Position numbers and translations under genes: made by a program
Notes under the pieces: generated by a model
Told to the model about the DNA's origin: nothing
Seen by the model: only the letters and a program-made list of their open reading frames with translations
Databases searched by the model: none
Shown: piece by piece, positions 10,001-20,358 of the stretch
Position numbering within the stretch: position 1 is the stretch's first letter
How the letters are laid out: each line of letters begins with the position of its first letter
Source: a virus
Lineage: Duplodnaviria; Heunggongvirae; Uroviricota; Caudoviricetes
DNA: 38,790 nt
IMG/VR virus record: IMGVR_UViG_3300042348_001285
Direction: 5' to 3' (one strand)

Positions 10001-10617
10001 TTGGAAACATAAACCCTGTTACTGTCCCTGAACTTCAGAAGTTGTTGTTGTAGGGTGGCAATGTTTGCGTTTGCAGTAGTTAAACCTGAACTTACAGTCC
10101 CTATGTTGGTGCTTAAGAGACTGATTGCCTTCGGTGTGGCTGCCAATGTCTCAGAAACATCTGACAAAGATGACGAAAGCTGGACTTGCCCCTTTTGGGA
10201 AATGGATGCGTTCAGGTTGAATCTTTGGGAATTTCCGGCAGAATCTGTGAAGATAAGGAAAGGGTTACTAGCCGTATTGGTAAGAGCCAGGTCCCCCAAA
10301 TCCCCGGTACCGCCTCCACCACCTTGGATAGCAATCCAAGCAGACCCGCTCCAAATTTTGAGTTCTTCATTAGCAGTATCATACCACATTTCCCCGATGC
10401 AGTTTCCTGCAAATAGTGGTGGCAAGACCCCGGAATTAGGGGGTACAGGGCCAATGTGACAAGGCCCAACTTTCCGAAGGTTACCGGCTGTGTCAGAGAA
10501 ATATAAACCTGGCTCAGCAGGATTAATGTTCGCAGCCAGTTGCCCCGGTAAAAGAGTTGCAGGGTTGGGGCGCTTCTTTGCCTCTAGACTCCTTAGGATT
10601 TGGATTGTTTGGGGCAT
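7009..10617 (-). CDS. Long tail fibre / structural protein (1202 aa)
   Basis: Fibre repeat ASISQKGQVQLSS...LAATPKA; beta-helix-like SPYIQNCT...RSMVVDSFTQ; LLSRANHTGTQ; internal HEY.GGT repeats. Confidence 0.8.
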   Translation of the reverse strand: MPQTIQILRSLEAKKRPNPATLLPGQLAANINPAEPGLYFSDTAGNLRKVGPCHIGPVPPNSGVLPPLFAGNCIGEMWYDTANEELKIWSGSAWIAIQGGGGGTGDLGDLALTNTASNPFLIFTDSAGNSQRFNLNASISQKGQVQLSSSLSDVSETLAATPKAISLLSTNIGTVSSGLTTANANIATLQQQLLKFRDSNRVYVSKSIYASDSNDGTSPGEPLLTLGAAAVVAQPGDLVEVGPGLYTEPSLPIRWKRDVGILGKGLRNARIQPAAGQEYNDIFKVDSGFWCWGLEFAGHQADSSTGKQAWSVSFNETADNTALGAVGPGAYIFKSPYIQNCTSLTAEDDNGNAGSQSTGDTGGGIIVDGAACAKNSPIRSMVVDSFTQVNLGGPGCLVKNDGYAQLVSFFGTFCNYHVRTESGGQVNLSGGGTSDFGTYGLMADGYSPSSLYTAKARVSAFGASRIEKGVTFNVSTDLITCIDPLGHGLSIDDQVVFNCSEGTFPDNIVTGTKYFVISSGFTTVDFKVSLTQGGSPVNISGTATGTYTVIRQGDTEIDVIDLGANRLGRQLKYPTAGSAGSPGNAVTITARGGTSAGSSFTVTLDTSSIKHEYTGGGTVTIGANTYPVTSCTYNNLTGSTVLTAAGYAPTLGAQVTMQNLFFTCNSSSRPSSGILLFPQLSFPSGGATAFSYTKVGASTFTYQAAASPSGPEHEYVSGGTAVIGSTNYGVADCTYIKNTGLVTITTVTPLPGASSGTVTVEGLNFICPTSAYVITGSVPIDINGNPVPFNAPTQAGYRINFYSGTNGGLKNTIDPNQVIDFRNRSQVSAPSHTFEYVGSGTNYDALPYNGGVPVPANHIVETNNGRVFSSNTDELGNFSVGSSFNVDGTTGAVTINTDQFNLSGLNFIGPFSRNGGISTVGEQLREVSNNTSLIASTGVADGNTVPTQFAVKEYTGSRYVTNVAVEVGGPLSVTGNASANGAGIWSYVRTLSIAAATTSARGTMSAADKFKLNGVADGATANQTDAFLLSRANHTGTQTLSTILDAGTMAAQAATNVAITGGAISGVTLGSASVTFTGGSISGVTYGTQYSTRTTVTASAGTYTVNATLGNEFVTSAAIAGASIVNLSNLASIPTGAVWRAVLSFAYTSGVINWFPGNTGFTVRWDGGSAISPTVGETETIIITVVGGTTVIDVAFLLGRNT

Positions 10618-10680
10618 GGTGACTTAGGGTTCGTTTTTAGTCCTTATTATGAGTTATACCCGACATGTCTTAATGGGAGG

Positions 10681-11358
10681 TCACCAGGTTTGAAAGCTTT
10701 CGCTTTGGCAGTAGGTCCGCAGACTTTCTACACTATTTTGCGAAGCGGCGGTTGTGAGCTTCTCACTAGCAGCAGCTCTCACGGCTGCTCTCCAGGTAAC
10801 CCACTCTCCAGGGATTGCCTTGCCAGTTTCAGACTGACGCACTATGTACCAGTCGGACGGTTGCAACAGCGCATAGGCTTTATCGTTGACTAGGCTAGTG
10901 ACATAATTTTGGGCGCCAGCCAGGTCCAAATCAATAGGGAAGGACGACCATACAAACTCAGTGCCGTCCCAATAGAGGGATGTATTCGGTGAAGGTTGAT
11001 CAGGGGGGGCCACCTCTGTTGAATTAGCAGGCTGGGGCCAGCCCTTGGCCGTGACAACAATCGGGGATCCAACCGGTGTGGCGGTGCTATAGAAAGTTCT
11101 AGGGTTCTTTGCACAGTGAATGATATTTTCCGCATCTAAGATTTGAGGTTCCCAGGGGTCAACATTGGTAATTTGCTCTTGGGGCCTAGTAGCACCAGTC
11201 TCCGGGTTTGTTTTAAACTCCACCGTCCCCTTGCCCAATTCTGTGTTAAACTGAACGGCATGAATTTCAAGATCCACGGAAGCCATGTCAACCCCGAAGG
11301 CTGCATCTCCGCCAAGAACTACCACTTGGTCGATGGGGACTATTGTAATCTGTGACAT
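10681..11358 (-). CDS. Tail fibre assembly chaperone-like protein
   Basis: C-terminal LLQPSDWYIVR...W..WRAAVR motif; located between fibre genes. Confidence 0.65.
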   Translation of the reverse strand: MSQITIVPIDQVVVLGGDAAFGVDMASVDLEIHAVQFNTELGKGTVEFKTNPETGATRPQEQITNVDPWEPQILDAENIIHCAKNPRTFYSTATPVGSPIVVTAKGWPQPANSTEVAPPDQPSPNTSLYWDGTEFVWSSFPIDLDLAGAQNYVTSLVNDKAYALLQPSDWYIVRQSETGKAIPGEWVTWRAAVRAAASEKLTTAASQNSVESLRTYCQSESFQTW

Positions 11359-11381
11359 TTTGTTATGTGTGTGAAAGAATT

Positions 11382-11702
11382 TTACCCGGGTAAGATTTCC
11401 CTCAGTTCAACTGGTTGAATGGCATCTCTATTTGCAAGTCCTTGGGAAGCTTGCAACAGGATCGTGTTCATTAGGTCTGACCTCTCTATAGCCTCATTCC
11501 TAAAGATTTGAATTGACGCCGAAGTTTGCCTTTGCTGGTTGGAGTTTTCAATAAGTAAAAGGGGAAGCAGGTTTACAGCACATTGCCATTCTGCTACTTC
11601 TTGACCTGTGTTTGGATTTACCCCTCTTACTTGACAAAACCAGGAGCATTTATGCTCAATACAATCTTTTTTGATGAGTGGACAATAGTTTTTGTTTTTC
11701 AT
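11382..11702 (-). CDS. Cys-rich phage protein of tail-fibre clusters
   Basis: CPLIKKDCIEHKCSWF...GVNPNTG...W.CA...LLIENS. Confidence 0.6.
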   Translation of the reverse strand: MKNKNYCPLIKKDCIEHKCSWFCQVRGVNPNTGQEVAEWQCAVNLLPLLLIENSNQQRQTSASIQIFRNEAIERSDLMNTILLQASQGLANRDAIQPVELREILPG

Positions 11703-11730
11703 GGTTGAAGTAGTAGTGTGTTAAATAGTG

Positions 11731-14700
11731 TCAGGACCTTGTTGCGACGATAAAATTGACGTATTTTACATTGAAGTTCAGTCCAGCCATTGCGTATGTG
11801 GGGTTGGTGAAACCGTGCGCATGGGCTCCGCTTGAACCAGCATCACCGGTACTAGTAATAGTTGATTCTACTGCCCTGCCAGCTCCCACGACACAAGTTT
11901 GGCCAGAAGTGGCAGAATTATACGTGTGACTGTGAGTTGCTAGTTCGTTAACGGACAATGTGTGCTGACTCACAGTGCCGCTGGTTTGTACTCCAATACT
12001 AGAACTCCTTGAGTTGGTAAACACGGTTGTGAACGGTTGATCACCGTTGGAACCCCCCGCTGCGGGGAATATTGCTCCTGAAGAGTTTAATATCCGGATT
12101 GCGGCATTATCGAAAGCAATATCTGTTACAATGACCCACCCCGGCGGTGGCGAAGCGTTGTTGAAACTCATGCGAGTACCAGTAGGGAATCCGATCACGC
12201 CTAATGCAGAAGCGTAAGCTAAGGTTGCGGGAGAAATAGCTACATCCGTAGCAGCACCAGCGGCAGTTTCGACATTGGTTGCATAACGAGTGATTCCAGT
12301 TTGTGTCTGGCTTGCGGCGCGGTAGTTTGTATACCATTCCGGGGAGAAAATCGGGGCTCCCGAAATGTTACACCCTGAAGTAAATTCGACACTTGTGGTA
12401 ACGTTTAGGTTATCCACGGTTAATGCAGGGTAGTATGTTGGAATATCTACTCCCGCGAAAGGGTTTCCAATATCAGTAATACTGATTGTCGCCCCGGTAC
12501 TCAAGTCGGTTAAACCTGCTGCAGTTACAAAGTAACCCTCCTGGTTGAAGCCAGTCGCATAAACTCGACCACCGAGTTCGTTAGTGAAGTAATAGGTGAA
12601 CTGATTTTGTGGGGACAAGTCCCCTTGGTAACGGGGGAGAGCTTTCGTATAGTTGAGGAAGCCCGCCCATTCCCAAGCATGGCCGAACATGCGTAAAACC
12701 GATGGTCGCCTGAACTCAATGGACCAATTTGATAGTAAGTTCGCCGCTCCATTGGGTATGTAACCCTTCATGTCCACGTTAGAAGCCGGATTTAACTCCC
12801 TGTCAGCAGTTGCTACAGGCAGCAAAATGCTAGTTACTTGGGGCGCAGTGAAACCGATACCAATCAGGAATTGATAAACACCCCTATAGTCGGTTGCTGT
12901 GGTGTACTGGCCAATGATTTCTGGGTCAGTAGACCAGCAAGTGGTTAGATTATAGCCACAGTTTGTGGTAGGTTGATTGCCATCGGTATCATTATCGAAA
13001 TAAATTACAGGTGCTACGTTGACGAAAAAGTCATAAGCATTGAAATCTGAGCCCATGTGAACGTAGGACTGGCTCCACTTTTCAGTATCAAAAGTAGTAT
13101 CTGAGTTCTTAACTACGCAGGTGAAGTGCTTATTCTCGCGCCTAACTGTTTCACCTGGCCTGTAGTAATTGCCAGCGGCCCAAACATTGGAAGGATTGGC
13201 TCTTTCTAATATGACCTGAGCTTTCCTGGTAACAGGGTCTGTTCCAATCGGTATAGGTCCAGACTTGTTCACAATTACCATGTCTGACTCAGGGAGCGAG
13301 TCTACGATACCACCACCAGAACCCAAGGTTGTTTGAATTACATAGTCTCTTAAAGGGGTGCGAGTGTTGTTATCAGTGTTGGTTACATTAATGCTGTACC
13401 GCCTTTGAGTCAAAGAGCGGTTGTCTACAAGGCGGCGAATGTATACCTTACTGCCCACTAAACTAGGCGCACCACCGACTCCTGGCGAATTTCCACTCTG
13501 GTTCCCCATTGGAACGGTAATTTGAATGTTCGCGGGGTTTGAGGAACTCCAAGCTGCTGATGATAGGGGGGCCCTCCAATCTGGTCCGCTAGGGTTTTCA
13601 ATCCACAGATAGCTGCCGTCTGCGAAAGTGTAATTTTTAGACGCAAGAATTTGAGGAGCACCGGGATACACATCGGAGTCTATTAAGGGTTGGGTTAGAG
13701 TTATAGTGATAGCATTATCAGCTACACCCGAATTTACCACGCCCAGGGAGATATTATTTACGACGGTAGTTTGATCCGTCATGTTTGTTGCTAGGTTTAT
13801 TGTAGCAACGCTCCAGTTTGTATCCTGAGGAAATGCCTCAGACTTGTATCCTTCAGCTAAAGCAGCACACCCACCAAATGAAGAGTTAGAATTCGTGATA
13901 GAAATTTCACCGCCAGACTTCACCCAGTGGTGAATACCCTGTCCAATAGCAAATACAGAAACTTCCTGAATGAATGCCTCATTGACGGCCCTAATGTGGA
14001 AACTTCTTTTCGCGGGGTCCATCCTAACATTATTTGGATCTAACGCGATATAAGAGTCATAGTTGGCGATGGTATTGGTCCATGTTTTTGGACCTGAATT
14101 ATATTTTTGCCAGCATGTCAAGTCCCTCTGTAAACTAACGCCAGTAAACTGGGCTACAACCATGGACTTAAATCCGGTTACATCGTTGCCGTCTGCGTTA
14201 ATTCCGCAAAGGCCATAATTTGAACGCACAGAACAGTTGAAGATGTACGGGGAAGATCCGATAATGCCGTCTGTATCCTGCTCGGGGATACCAGGTGGCT
14301 GGGGGGCTACAATCTCAGTCTCACCGGGGTTAACAGGGACGTTGGAATTGGTTTGGGCAAAAATAATTTTTACTTTTTCATAGTAATCATCCAGGTCTGC
14401 CTCAGAAACAAACGAAAAACAGTCTAGGAGGTGATGACTATCGGAAAGACCTTCTTTGTCCTTGAAAGTGAAGTTAAAGAAGAACCCCCCACCCGTGATC
14501 CTTAGAATAGAGCCACGGTCAGTGTCGATATTACCTGTTTTTAGGGGAACATATAGGGGCCTAATGATGGTCTTCCTTAGATCTTCACCAATGACGGATA
14601 CACCCCTGGGCAAAATTATACCTGGATAATCCACGCTATTCATGGCCCTTAATTGGGCGGCGGACGGCACGGTACCGTTTACCCAGGCCGAAACGGACTC

Positions 14701-15441
14701 GCTACCAGTGGCATTATCAATCAATGCAACCCCGGCAGTACACTTAATTACAAAGCGATCGAATGACTGGTCATCTTGGCCTAAACCATTCTGAATTCTG
14801 GCCACTTCTAGTGCGGCTCTTTGCAGGGTTTTAAAGGGTTTTTGAGCAGTGTAGCCAGCCTGCGTCATTTGGTTGGTGATGACTGGTACTACTGTATTAT
14901 CGTAGATCCCGGTTACATAAATGTCGCTACCAATTTGGGAGTTAACATATAGAGTATAAGTTCCCGTGAGAAGGGCCCCGTTAAGGTCAGCAGGGCCGTA
15001 TGAGGTTTGGACCCATGAGCCACCAAAATTTATAAAAAGATTGCCGCTGTCACTGTTCCAATATAAACCACCTTCTGGAGCTTCTTCTAATTCTGTTCCA
15101 ATATCTGGGTTAGTAGTGGAAATGGGTAATGCTGCCTTGAGGTTAGAGGCGTTGGTACCATCCTCCACTAGACCAAAACCGGGAATTCTGCCCCATGTTA
15201 GGCTATTACCTGCTCTGAGGATAAGCTGGCCATTTGTTAATACGGATTCTGGCCAGGCATAAGAGTTGAATGCTGCAGCGTTGTTTGTCCTTACTACCCC
15301 TGAAGATGTATTAGCTTTAAAATTTATTGTGCCATCAGTTAAAATCTCAACGCCCGTACCGGCTTTAACACCCCGGACCTGGTCCGCAAGGACATCGCCC
15401 TGGTTTGCATCTCCAGCTATGTATTGGGCTCTAGTTAACAT
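11731..15441 (-). CDS. Tail fibre / beta-helix structural protein (1236 aa)
   Basis: KPFKTLQRAALE, LPRGVSVIGEDLRK, SPYIFNCSVRS; C-terminal collar/tip (FPTGTRMSF...PPPGW...HTLSVNELATHSH...HAH). Confidence 0.8.
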   Translation of the reverse strand: MLTRAQYIAGDANQGDVLADQVRGVKAGTGVEILTDGTINFKANTSSGVVRTNNAAAFNSYAWPESVLTNGQLILRAGNSLTWGRIPGFGLVEDGTNASNLKAALPISTTNPDIGTELEEAPEGGLYWNSDSGNLFINFGGSWVQTSYGPADLNGALLTGTYTLYVNSQIGSDIYVTGIYDNTVVPVITNQMTQAGYTAQKPFKTLQRAALEVARIQNGLGQDDQSFDRFVIKCTAGVALIDNATGSESVSAWVNGTVPSAAQLRAMNSVDYPGIILPRGVSVIGEDLRKTIIRPLYVPLKTGNIDTDRGSILRITGGGFFFNFTFKDKEGLSDSHHLLDCFSFVSEADLDDYYEKVKIIFAQTNSNVPVNPGETEIVAPQPPGIPEQDTDGIIGSSPYIFNCSVRSNYGLCGINADGNDVTGFKSMVVAQFTGVSLQRDLTCWQKYNSGPKTWTNTIANYDSYIALDPNNVRMDPAKRSFHIRAVNEAFIQEVSVFAIGQGIHHWVKSGGEISITNSNSSFGGCAALAEGYKSEAFPQDTNWSVATINLATNMTDQTTVVNNISLGVVNSGVADNAITITLTQPLIDSDVYPGAPQILASKNYTFADGSYLWIENPSGPDWRAPLSSAAWSSSNPANIQITVPMGNQSGNSPGVGGAPSLVGSKVYIRRLVDNRSLTQRRYSINVTNTDNNTRTPLRDYVIQTTLGSGGGIVDSLPESDMVIVNKSGPIPIGTDPVTRKAQVILERANPSNVWAAGNYYRPGETVRRENKHFTCVVKNSDTTFDTEKWSQSYVHMGSDFNAYDFFVNVAPVIYFDNDTDGNQPTTNCGYNLTTCWSTDPEIIGQYTTATDYRGVYQFLIGIGFTAPQVTSILLPVATADRELNPASNVDMKGYIPNGAANLLSNWSIEFRRPSVLRMFGHAWEWAGFLNYTKALPRYQGDLSPQNQFTYYFTNELGGRVYATGFNQEGYFVTAAGLTDLSTGATISITDIGNPFAGVDIPTYYPALTVDNLNVTTSVEFTSGCNISGAPIFSPEWYTNYRAASQTQTGITRYATNVETAAGAATDVAISPATLAYASALGVIGFPTGTRMSFNNASPPPGWVIVTDIAFDNAAIRILNSSGAIFPAAGGSNGDQPFTTVFTNSRSSSIGVQTSGTVSQHTLSVNELATHSHTYNSATSGQTCVVGAGRAVESTITSTGDAGSSGAHAHGFTNPTYAMAGLNFNVKYVNFIVATRS

Positions 15442-15485
15442 CGGATTCCTTCACCTAGTATGGGTATTTTACCCGCACCTTGTGC

Positions 15486-18400
15486 TTATTGTATAATATC
15501 GGCACTATCAGCAAGTTCCAAGACAATGCTAGGCCCCCACTTCAAGAATGATGATGCACCGTACTTTCCAGATGGGCAAGTTATAAATTCGGCATTGGTT
15601 ATAACCCGGATATTCACCGTAGCACCCTCTGCAGGCCCCTCAGTGAAAATTATCCTCGACCCTTCCACCCTGTACGAATAGTCGCCCGCAGACGCACCCT
15701 GGAAGTAAGGAATCTGCATAGAACCCCCCAGATTAACTAAAATATTCTGAGAACTAACTGAAGCAGCGTTAACTGGTCTTGGGAGAGTTTCTGCTACATC
15801 GAAGTACCCATAAGTCAAATCAAATTCGGTTTTCACACCATTAAACTGGCTGGAGATGGAATTTAAAGAATATACTTGAACAGGAAAAACCGACTGAATG
15901 GCCCAGAAAGAAGAGGTACAAACAGTTCTAACATCAAACACGGTGCCAACTGCAAGGGCTTCGGAAAAAGTGATTTCCAACTCAGAGCCAGAGAGCCTAG
16001 TTAGGGTGTAAGAGTAAGGATCTAATGGACCGGGGGTTGTTATGGGCAACTGTCCAGTACCACCTAAGAATACAAAAGTATTATTGGCGTTAATGTCGAA
16101 CGGTGCCAAGTTAATTGCAGGATCTTTTGATACCAAAGTAAACGAGAACCGGATGCCATTAATACTCTGGCCTTCCTTGATCTTTAGGGGCACCATTTGC
16201 AAAGTCCTATTATCATCATCAGATGTGACGATTCTAATATCACTCACTGCCCCTTGCAAAGGAGCTTCATTGAAGATTATTTGATTGCCATTGACTGTGT
16301 AGTCCTTACCGGGCACCTGAGTGACGGCCCCTAGAATTGCAAAAATGGAGTTAGCTGAAATCTGAGTTGGAGGTATGGGGACCCCACCTTTAGTCAAGGT
16401 GAAGATAGTCGTGATACCGTTGAATAGGGGCGAAATAGAATCCGTTGAATATGCAGTAACCTGCCCAGGAAACTCTACAAATGGTTGCTGTTCGTAAATT
16501 TGTTGATTGGTCAGGTTTGCGAATGGGTTGATTTGCTCGAAGAAGTTGGCTGTAAGGGCTTGTCTTTGGGGGCCAAAAATGATGATTTCACCCTTATCGT
16601 TGACACCAGTAATTGTTAGCCTACCGCTCCACAAAGTAGTTGCTTGGAAGTCCGCCGCTAATTTTCTAGAGATATCATTTGTTTGGAATTTAGGTAAGCC
16701 ACGGGAATAGTTATAGTATCCTGCAAATGCCCATGTATGAGTATTAGCGATGACTATGGACGGTTGATTGAATTCTACAGGCCATCTACTAGTAGTTAGA
16801 GCATAGCCACCGGTTTCAGGGGTCAATGGTAAAGCACCGATGGGCAAGAGTCTCTCTCCCCAATATTTAGGTTGAAGGTAAGTAAGTAGAGACTCCGGAG
16901 AATATCCCATAATCTGGAAGAACCTCAGTATTGCTCTCTTAGTGTTGGACCAATTAGGGTCATATAACCCCGGTTCAGGAATGGGATTAGTTCCACAAAC
17001 CTTAACGGAAGTTTGAATAGGCCAAGAATTCGGTATAGTACCGGAATTGAAATAGAAACCATTACCGGAGTTAAGTCTGATAGCCCTAACTATGGAGCCT
17101 GAGATACCAATTATTCGGACAAATTCATGGTTGGTGTCATTTCCGATTCTGACGATAGAAACAGTTTGCCTAGGGTTCTGTAGAACACTGGCAGATAGAA
17201 CAGAGAACTCAACTACTTCTGGCCTATATCGTTGTGTGGGGGCCGGTAATAGTTGAGTTTGTACAACTTCTGGGGAACTAACCAGAAAAGTCTCCGGTCC
17301 GGTAACTAAATCCTTGAGACAAATACCAAGGGATTCGGAACCATCATCATCGTCGTACTGATTATTAACCGGGTAGGTGGTGTAAGGGTTGGTAGAACCC
17401 CGGAAGTAGGTAGAATTTGGATAAACCGATAAATATTCATCTGCAGCATAGGACCCCTGGAAAGTCTGGCTGACTAAGTCCTGTCTTTCTAAGGTACTAG
17501 TATCGACGAATGGGGAATTGGTAGAAGTTGGGGATAGTTTTTCTGGTCCTGATGAGGGCTGGAAGTTACTAGCCTCCCCATAATAAACTGAGGTCCAGTA
17601 ATTATTTTCCGCAGCATACCAGTTTCTATTGGCGTATGTAGTGTAGGTTCCCGAAGGGTTATCGAAAGTCAGGTAACTATTACTGCCGGAGTCATAATTC
17701 TGCACCCACGGCCTATCGTAATCGGATGCCGTTATGGTAACATAGTACTCTATGTCTTGATTCCCATCCCCAATCAAATAGTTAAACTGAGGTGAAGATC
17801 CCAAAATTCCCGTCTCCACTGCATCCACGGTGAACACACGGCCCCATCCCCCTAGTATCCCTGGGTCAAATTGAACATTGGGCCTTAAACTCGATGACCC
17901 GAGAATCTGACTACTTTGGTTGAGACGTAAAACATCGCCTATTTGAGGAGAAATAGCATTCGATGACGTATTACTTAATACTACGCTATAAGACTTTTCA
18001 ATATCACTACGGGGGTCATGGAAACGCCTGATGTATGGCACCCCTAGGACAGGGATCAAATTGGTGTCAGTCGGTATAGTGCTGTCAGAAGACCTAATTC
18101 TCAACTGAGCAAATCTAGCCGGGTCATCCTGACCAGTGTTGATTGTGGGGCCACCATCTGTGGCTAGGAAGCCCCGGTATGTGCATTCTTCCGTCTCTAC
18201 CCAAATTGCACTCCCTGGCTTTAGGGAATAAGGTAGTAGATACCTGGGATCAAAATCTGCACTTAATTCAACTAATTGGATTTCAGTATTAGTCGGATCA
18301 ATGTAAGAGCTTACTATTCTGGACCCCAGGGAAAGAATCTTTTTGTTTTCCGACTTTTCAACTTGACCGATAGTTAAAGTCAAAGGTCTCTGGATGCCTT

Positions 18401-20309
18401 CAAAGACAAATCCTTGAGTATTATTCTGTGCTCCACTTATTGTATTTATTCCTAGAAAACCTTCGGCTTTGAAAGCTATGGACCCGAAGTTACTTGTGCT
18501 GTTAGTTAGGCTGGTGATTCCCCCATTTAGTGACCATACCCCAATTGCTGGACCGATGGTGTACACAGATTGTAGTTGAGCATAGGCTCCGTTCCTCACT
18601 CTGAACCCAAAATGTCTAAAATCATTATCTATATCTACTATGCCTAAACTAAGATTATCAACGGTTTTCAGGTTCTGATAGTAATAACGTATGTTATTGA
18701 TGGGTACTGAATTTAATTCTTGGAGCTGGTCTTCAACGGTTATATCAACTATAGATGCGGGCCTTTGGGATAAAGGCTTGGATAGATATGTATACTCGGT
18801 CAATGACCACCATTTTTGTTCAGACCCTAGAGTGGTATAAACCTCATATGCCGTTGGGTCATTTTGTAGGCTGACAGATGTACAAGAGTTGGCAATGATG
18901 GACTTAAACCCAAGGACATTGGACCCGTCAAAATCAGTAAAACACATCCCATAATCAGACTTTAGATTTACCTGATTGACATAGGATGATGAATTTTTTG
19001 TAGTATTTGAATTAATATTGTTCGGGAATGCCGTATCGGTGGGGCCCACGATGACAAAATCACCTGAATTAACCAGTAAATCACCGTCAGTTACTCTGCC
19101 CCCAAAGAATTCTGGGAATGCTCTTTGAACCTTAGTATAATACTCGGCTAAGTCATTTTTAGATGCCTCTTCAACTACTCTTAGTCTGTGGGCTGATTTC
19201 AAAGTAAGGGAACAGCTGAAACTCACAGTCCTGGAATTGACATTAAGTGGAATTGATGTAAACGCAACGCTAGGTGCTCCACTAAATGGTAATTGCTTTT
19301 CTTCAGATAACTGGAAAGTGTATGTTGTTATGGGAATGGCATAGTATTCACCAGCAGAAAAGGATCCGGTGCTTTGGTCTATGCCAGTCGAGTACTGGGT
19401 GTCAACTAAATCATTCAACTCTAATCCATGGGGCCTCCTAGTTCTGAATAGTGCGTAGGTATTCTGATTGGTAACTTCGACTACTTCGTTGTAGTTTACT
19501 TTATCGTTAATGGAAAAGTTGGAAAGGGACGAGTTGCCTGACAGTTTAAAAATAGAAGTTATAGGTTGATTAACTCCTGCTAATGCGGTAGGGAAAGTGT
19601 GGTTACGGTATGATGGCACATATGAAGGACATACTACGCATTTTTTCAAATCCAAACCAACGATAGAAATACCAGATGGCACTATAATGGACCCACTCTC
19701 AGTGTTAAATTTGCTTAAATCAGAGCTGGAAATATTTTCTGTTCCATAATTTGATAAGTCAAGAGAGAAGTCCGACAAGCTCTGCCCAGGGCCATTATTA
19801 GCGGTGAATCTTGACGACGCCAAAAAGATTGTGTACCTATTAGATTCACTCTTCTGGGATAAACCAGCCAGTACGTTGCTGATATAAATTTTCGATAGCT
19901 CCAGGATAGCCCTTGACAATGTCTGGTAGGGCAATGCTTGTCCATCATTGGCAATGGCATCCGAGGAGAACTGAAATTCCGGGGCTACAAATACTACGTT
20001 ACCATTGCCCCCAAGAAAAGGCGCTGCGATTGACCTCCATGACCTTACAGCATCGCCTACATTCAAAGTACCGTCAACGGTATTCAACCAGGTTTCACCC
20101 CTCTCCGGGGTGCTTGTAGGGGCATCTGGTAGAACTGCCGTAGGGCCAACTTTAATTACTCTTCCATCTGTTGTTCCAAAGAATAATCCCGGTTCTTGGC
20201 TATTGGTGTTTAAACCGATTTCGCCGGGTTGCAGTTGGTTGGTAGGACGCTTACCCAGGAGACTGGATTTTGCGAAAATGATTTTGTTTGCTGATTGTTC
20301 TCTGGTCAT
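15486..20309 (-). CDS. Large tail/baseplate structural protein (1607 aa), paralogous core with 11731..15441
   Basis: Shared beta-helix core; three C-terminal repeats of the form SIS..FNG....F.L...G..Q.P...Y...G..IIF.E.P. Confidence 0.75.
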   Translation of the reverse strand: MTREQSANKIIFAKSSLLGKRPTNQLQPGEIGLNTNSQEPGLFFGTTDGRVIKVGPTAVLPDAPTSTPERGETWLNTVDGTLNVGDAVRSWRSIAAPFLGGNGNVVFVAPEFQFSSDAIANDGQALPYQTLSRAILELSKIYISNVLAGLSQKSESNRYTIFLASSRFTANNGPGQSLSDFSLDLSNYGTENISSSDLSKFNTESGSIIVPSGISIVGLDLKKCVVCPSYVPSYRNHTFPTALAGVNQPITSIFKLSGNSSLSNFSINDKVNYNEVVEVTNQNTYALFRTRRPHGLELNDLVDTQYSTGIDQSTGSFSAGEYYAIPITTYTFQLSEEKQLPFSGAPSVAFTSIPLNVNSRTVSFSCSLTLKSAHRLRVVEEASKNDLAEYYTKVQRAFPEFFGGRVTDGDLLVNSGDFVIVGPTDTAFPNNINSNTTKNSSSYVNQVNLKSDYGMCFTDFDGSNVLGFKSIIANSCTSVSLQNDPTAYEVYTTLGSEQKWWSLTEYTYLSKPLSQRPASIVDITVEDQLQELNSVPINNIRYYYQNLKTVDNLSLGIVDIDNDFRHFGFRVRNGAYAQLQSVYTIGPAIGVWSLNGGITSLTNSTSNFGSIAFKAEGFLGINTISGAQNNTQGFVFEGIQRPLTLTIGQVEKSENKKILSLGSRIVSSYIDPTNTEIQLVELSADFDPRYLLPYSLKPGSAIWVETEECTYRGFLATDGGPTINTGQDDPARFAQLRIRSSDSTIPTDTNLIPVLGVPYIRRFHDPRSDIEKSYSVVLSNTSSNAISPQIGDVLRLNQSSQILGSSSLRPNVQFDPGILGGWGRVFTVDAVETGILGSSPQFNYLIGDGNQDIEYYVTITASDYDRPWVQNYDSGSNSYLTFDNPSGTYTTYANRNWYAAENNYWTSVYYGEASNFQPSSGPEKLSPTSTNSPFVDTSTLERQDLVSQTFQGSYAADEYLSVYPNSTYFRGSTNPYTTYPVNNQYDDDDGSESLGICLKDLVTGPETFLVSSPEVVQTQLLPAPTQRYRPEVVEFSVLSASVLQNPRQTVSIVRIGNDTNHEFVRIIGISGSIVRAIRLNSGNGFYFNSGTIPNSWPIQTSVKVCGTNPIPEPGLYDPNWSNTKRAILRFFQIMGYSPESLLTYLQPKYWGERLLPIGALPLTPETGGYALTTSRWPVEFNQPSIVIANTHTWAFAGYYNYSRGLPKFQTNDISRKLAADFQATTLWSGRLTITGVNDKGEIIIFGPQRQALTANFFEQINPFANLTNQQIYEQQPFVEFPGQVTAYSTDSISPLFNGITTIFTLTKGGVPIPPTQISANSIFAILGAVTQVPGKDYTVNGNQIIFNEAPLQGAVSDIRIVTSDDDNRTLQMVPLKIKEGQSINGIRFSFTLVSKDPAINLAPFDINANNTFVFLGGTGQLPITTPGPLDPYSYTLTRLSGSELEITFSEALAVGTVFDVRTVCTSSFWAIQSVFPVQVYSLNSISSQFNGVKTEFDLTYGYFDVAETLPRPVNAASVSSQNILVNLGGSMQIPYFQGASAGDYSYRVEGSRIIFTEGPAEGATVNIRVITNAEFITCPSGKYGASSFLKWGPSIVLELADSADIIQ

Positions 20310-20358
20310 TGCTAAAGAGCTTTCTATTTGAGCGCAAAGGCGCCCCTATTCTTACCCT

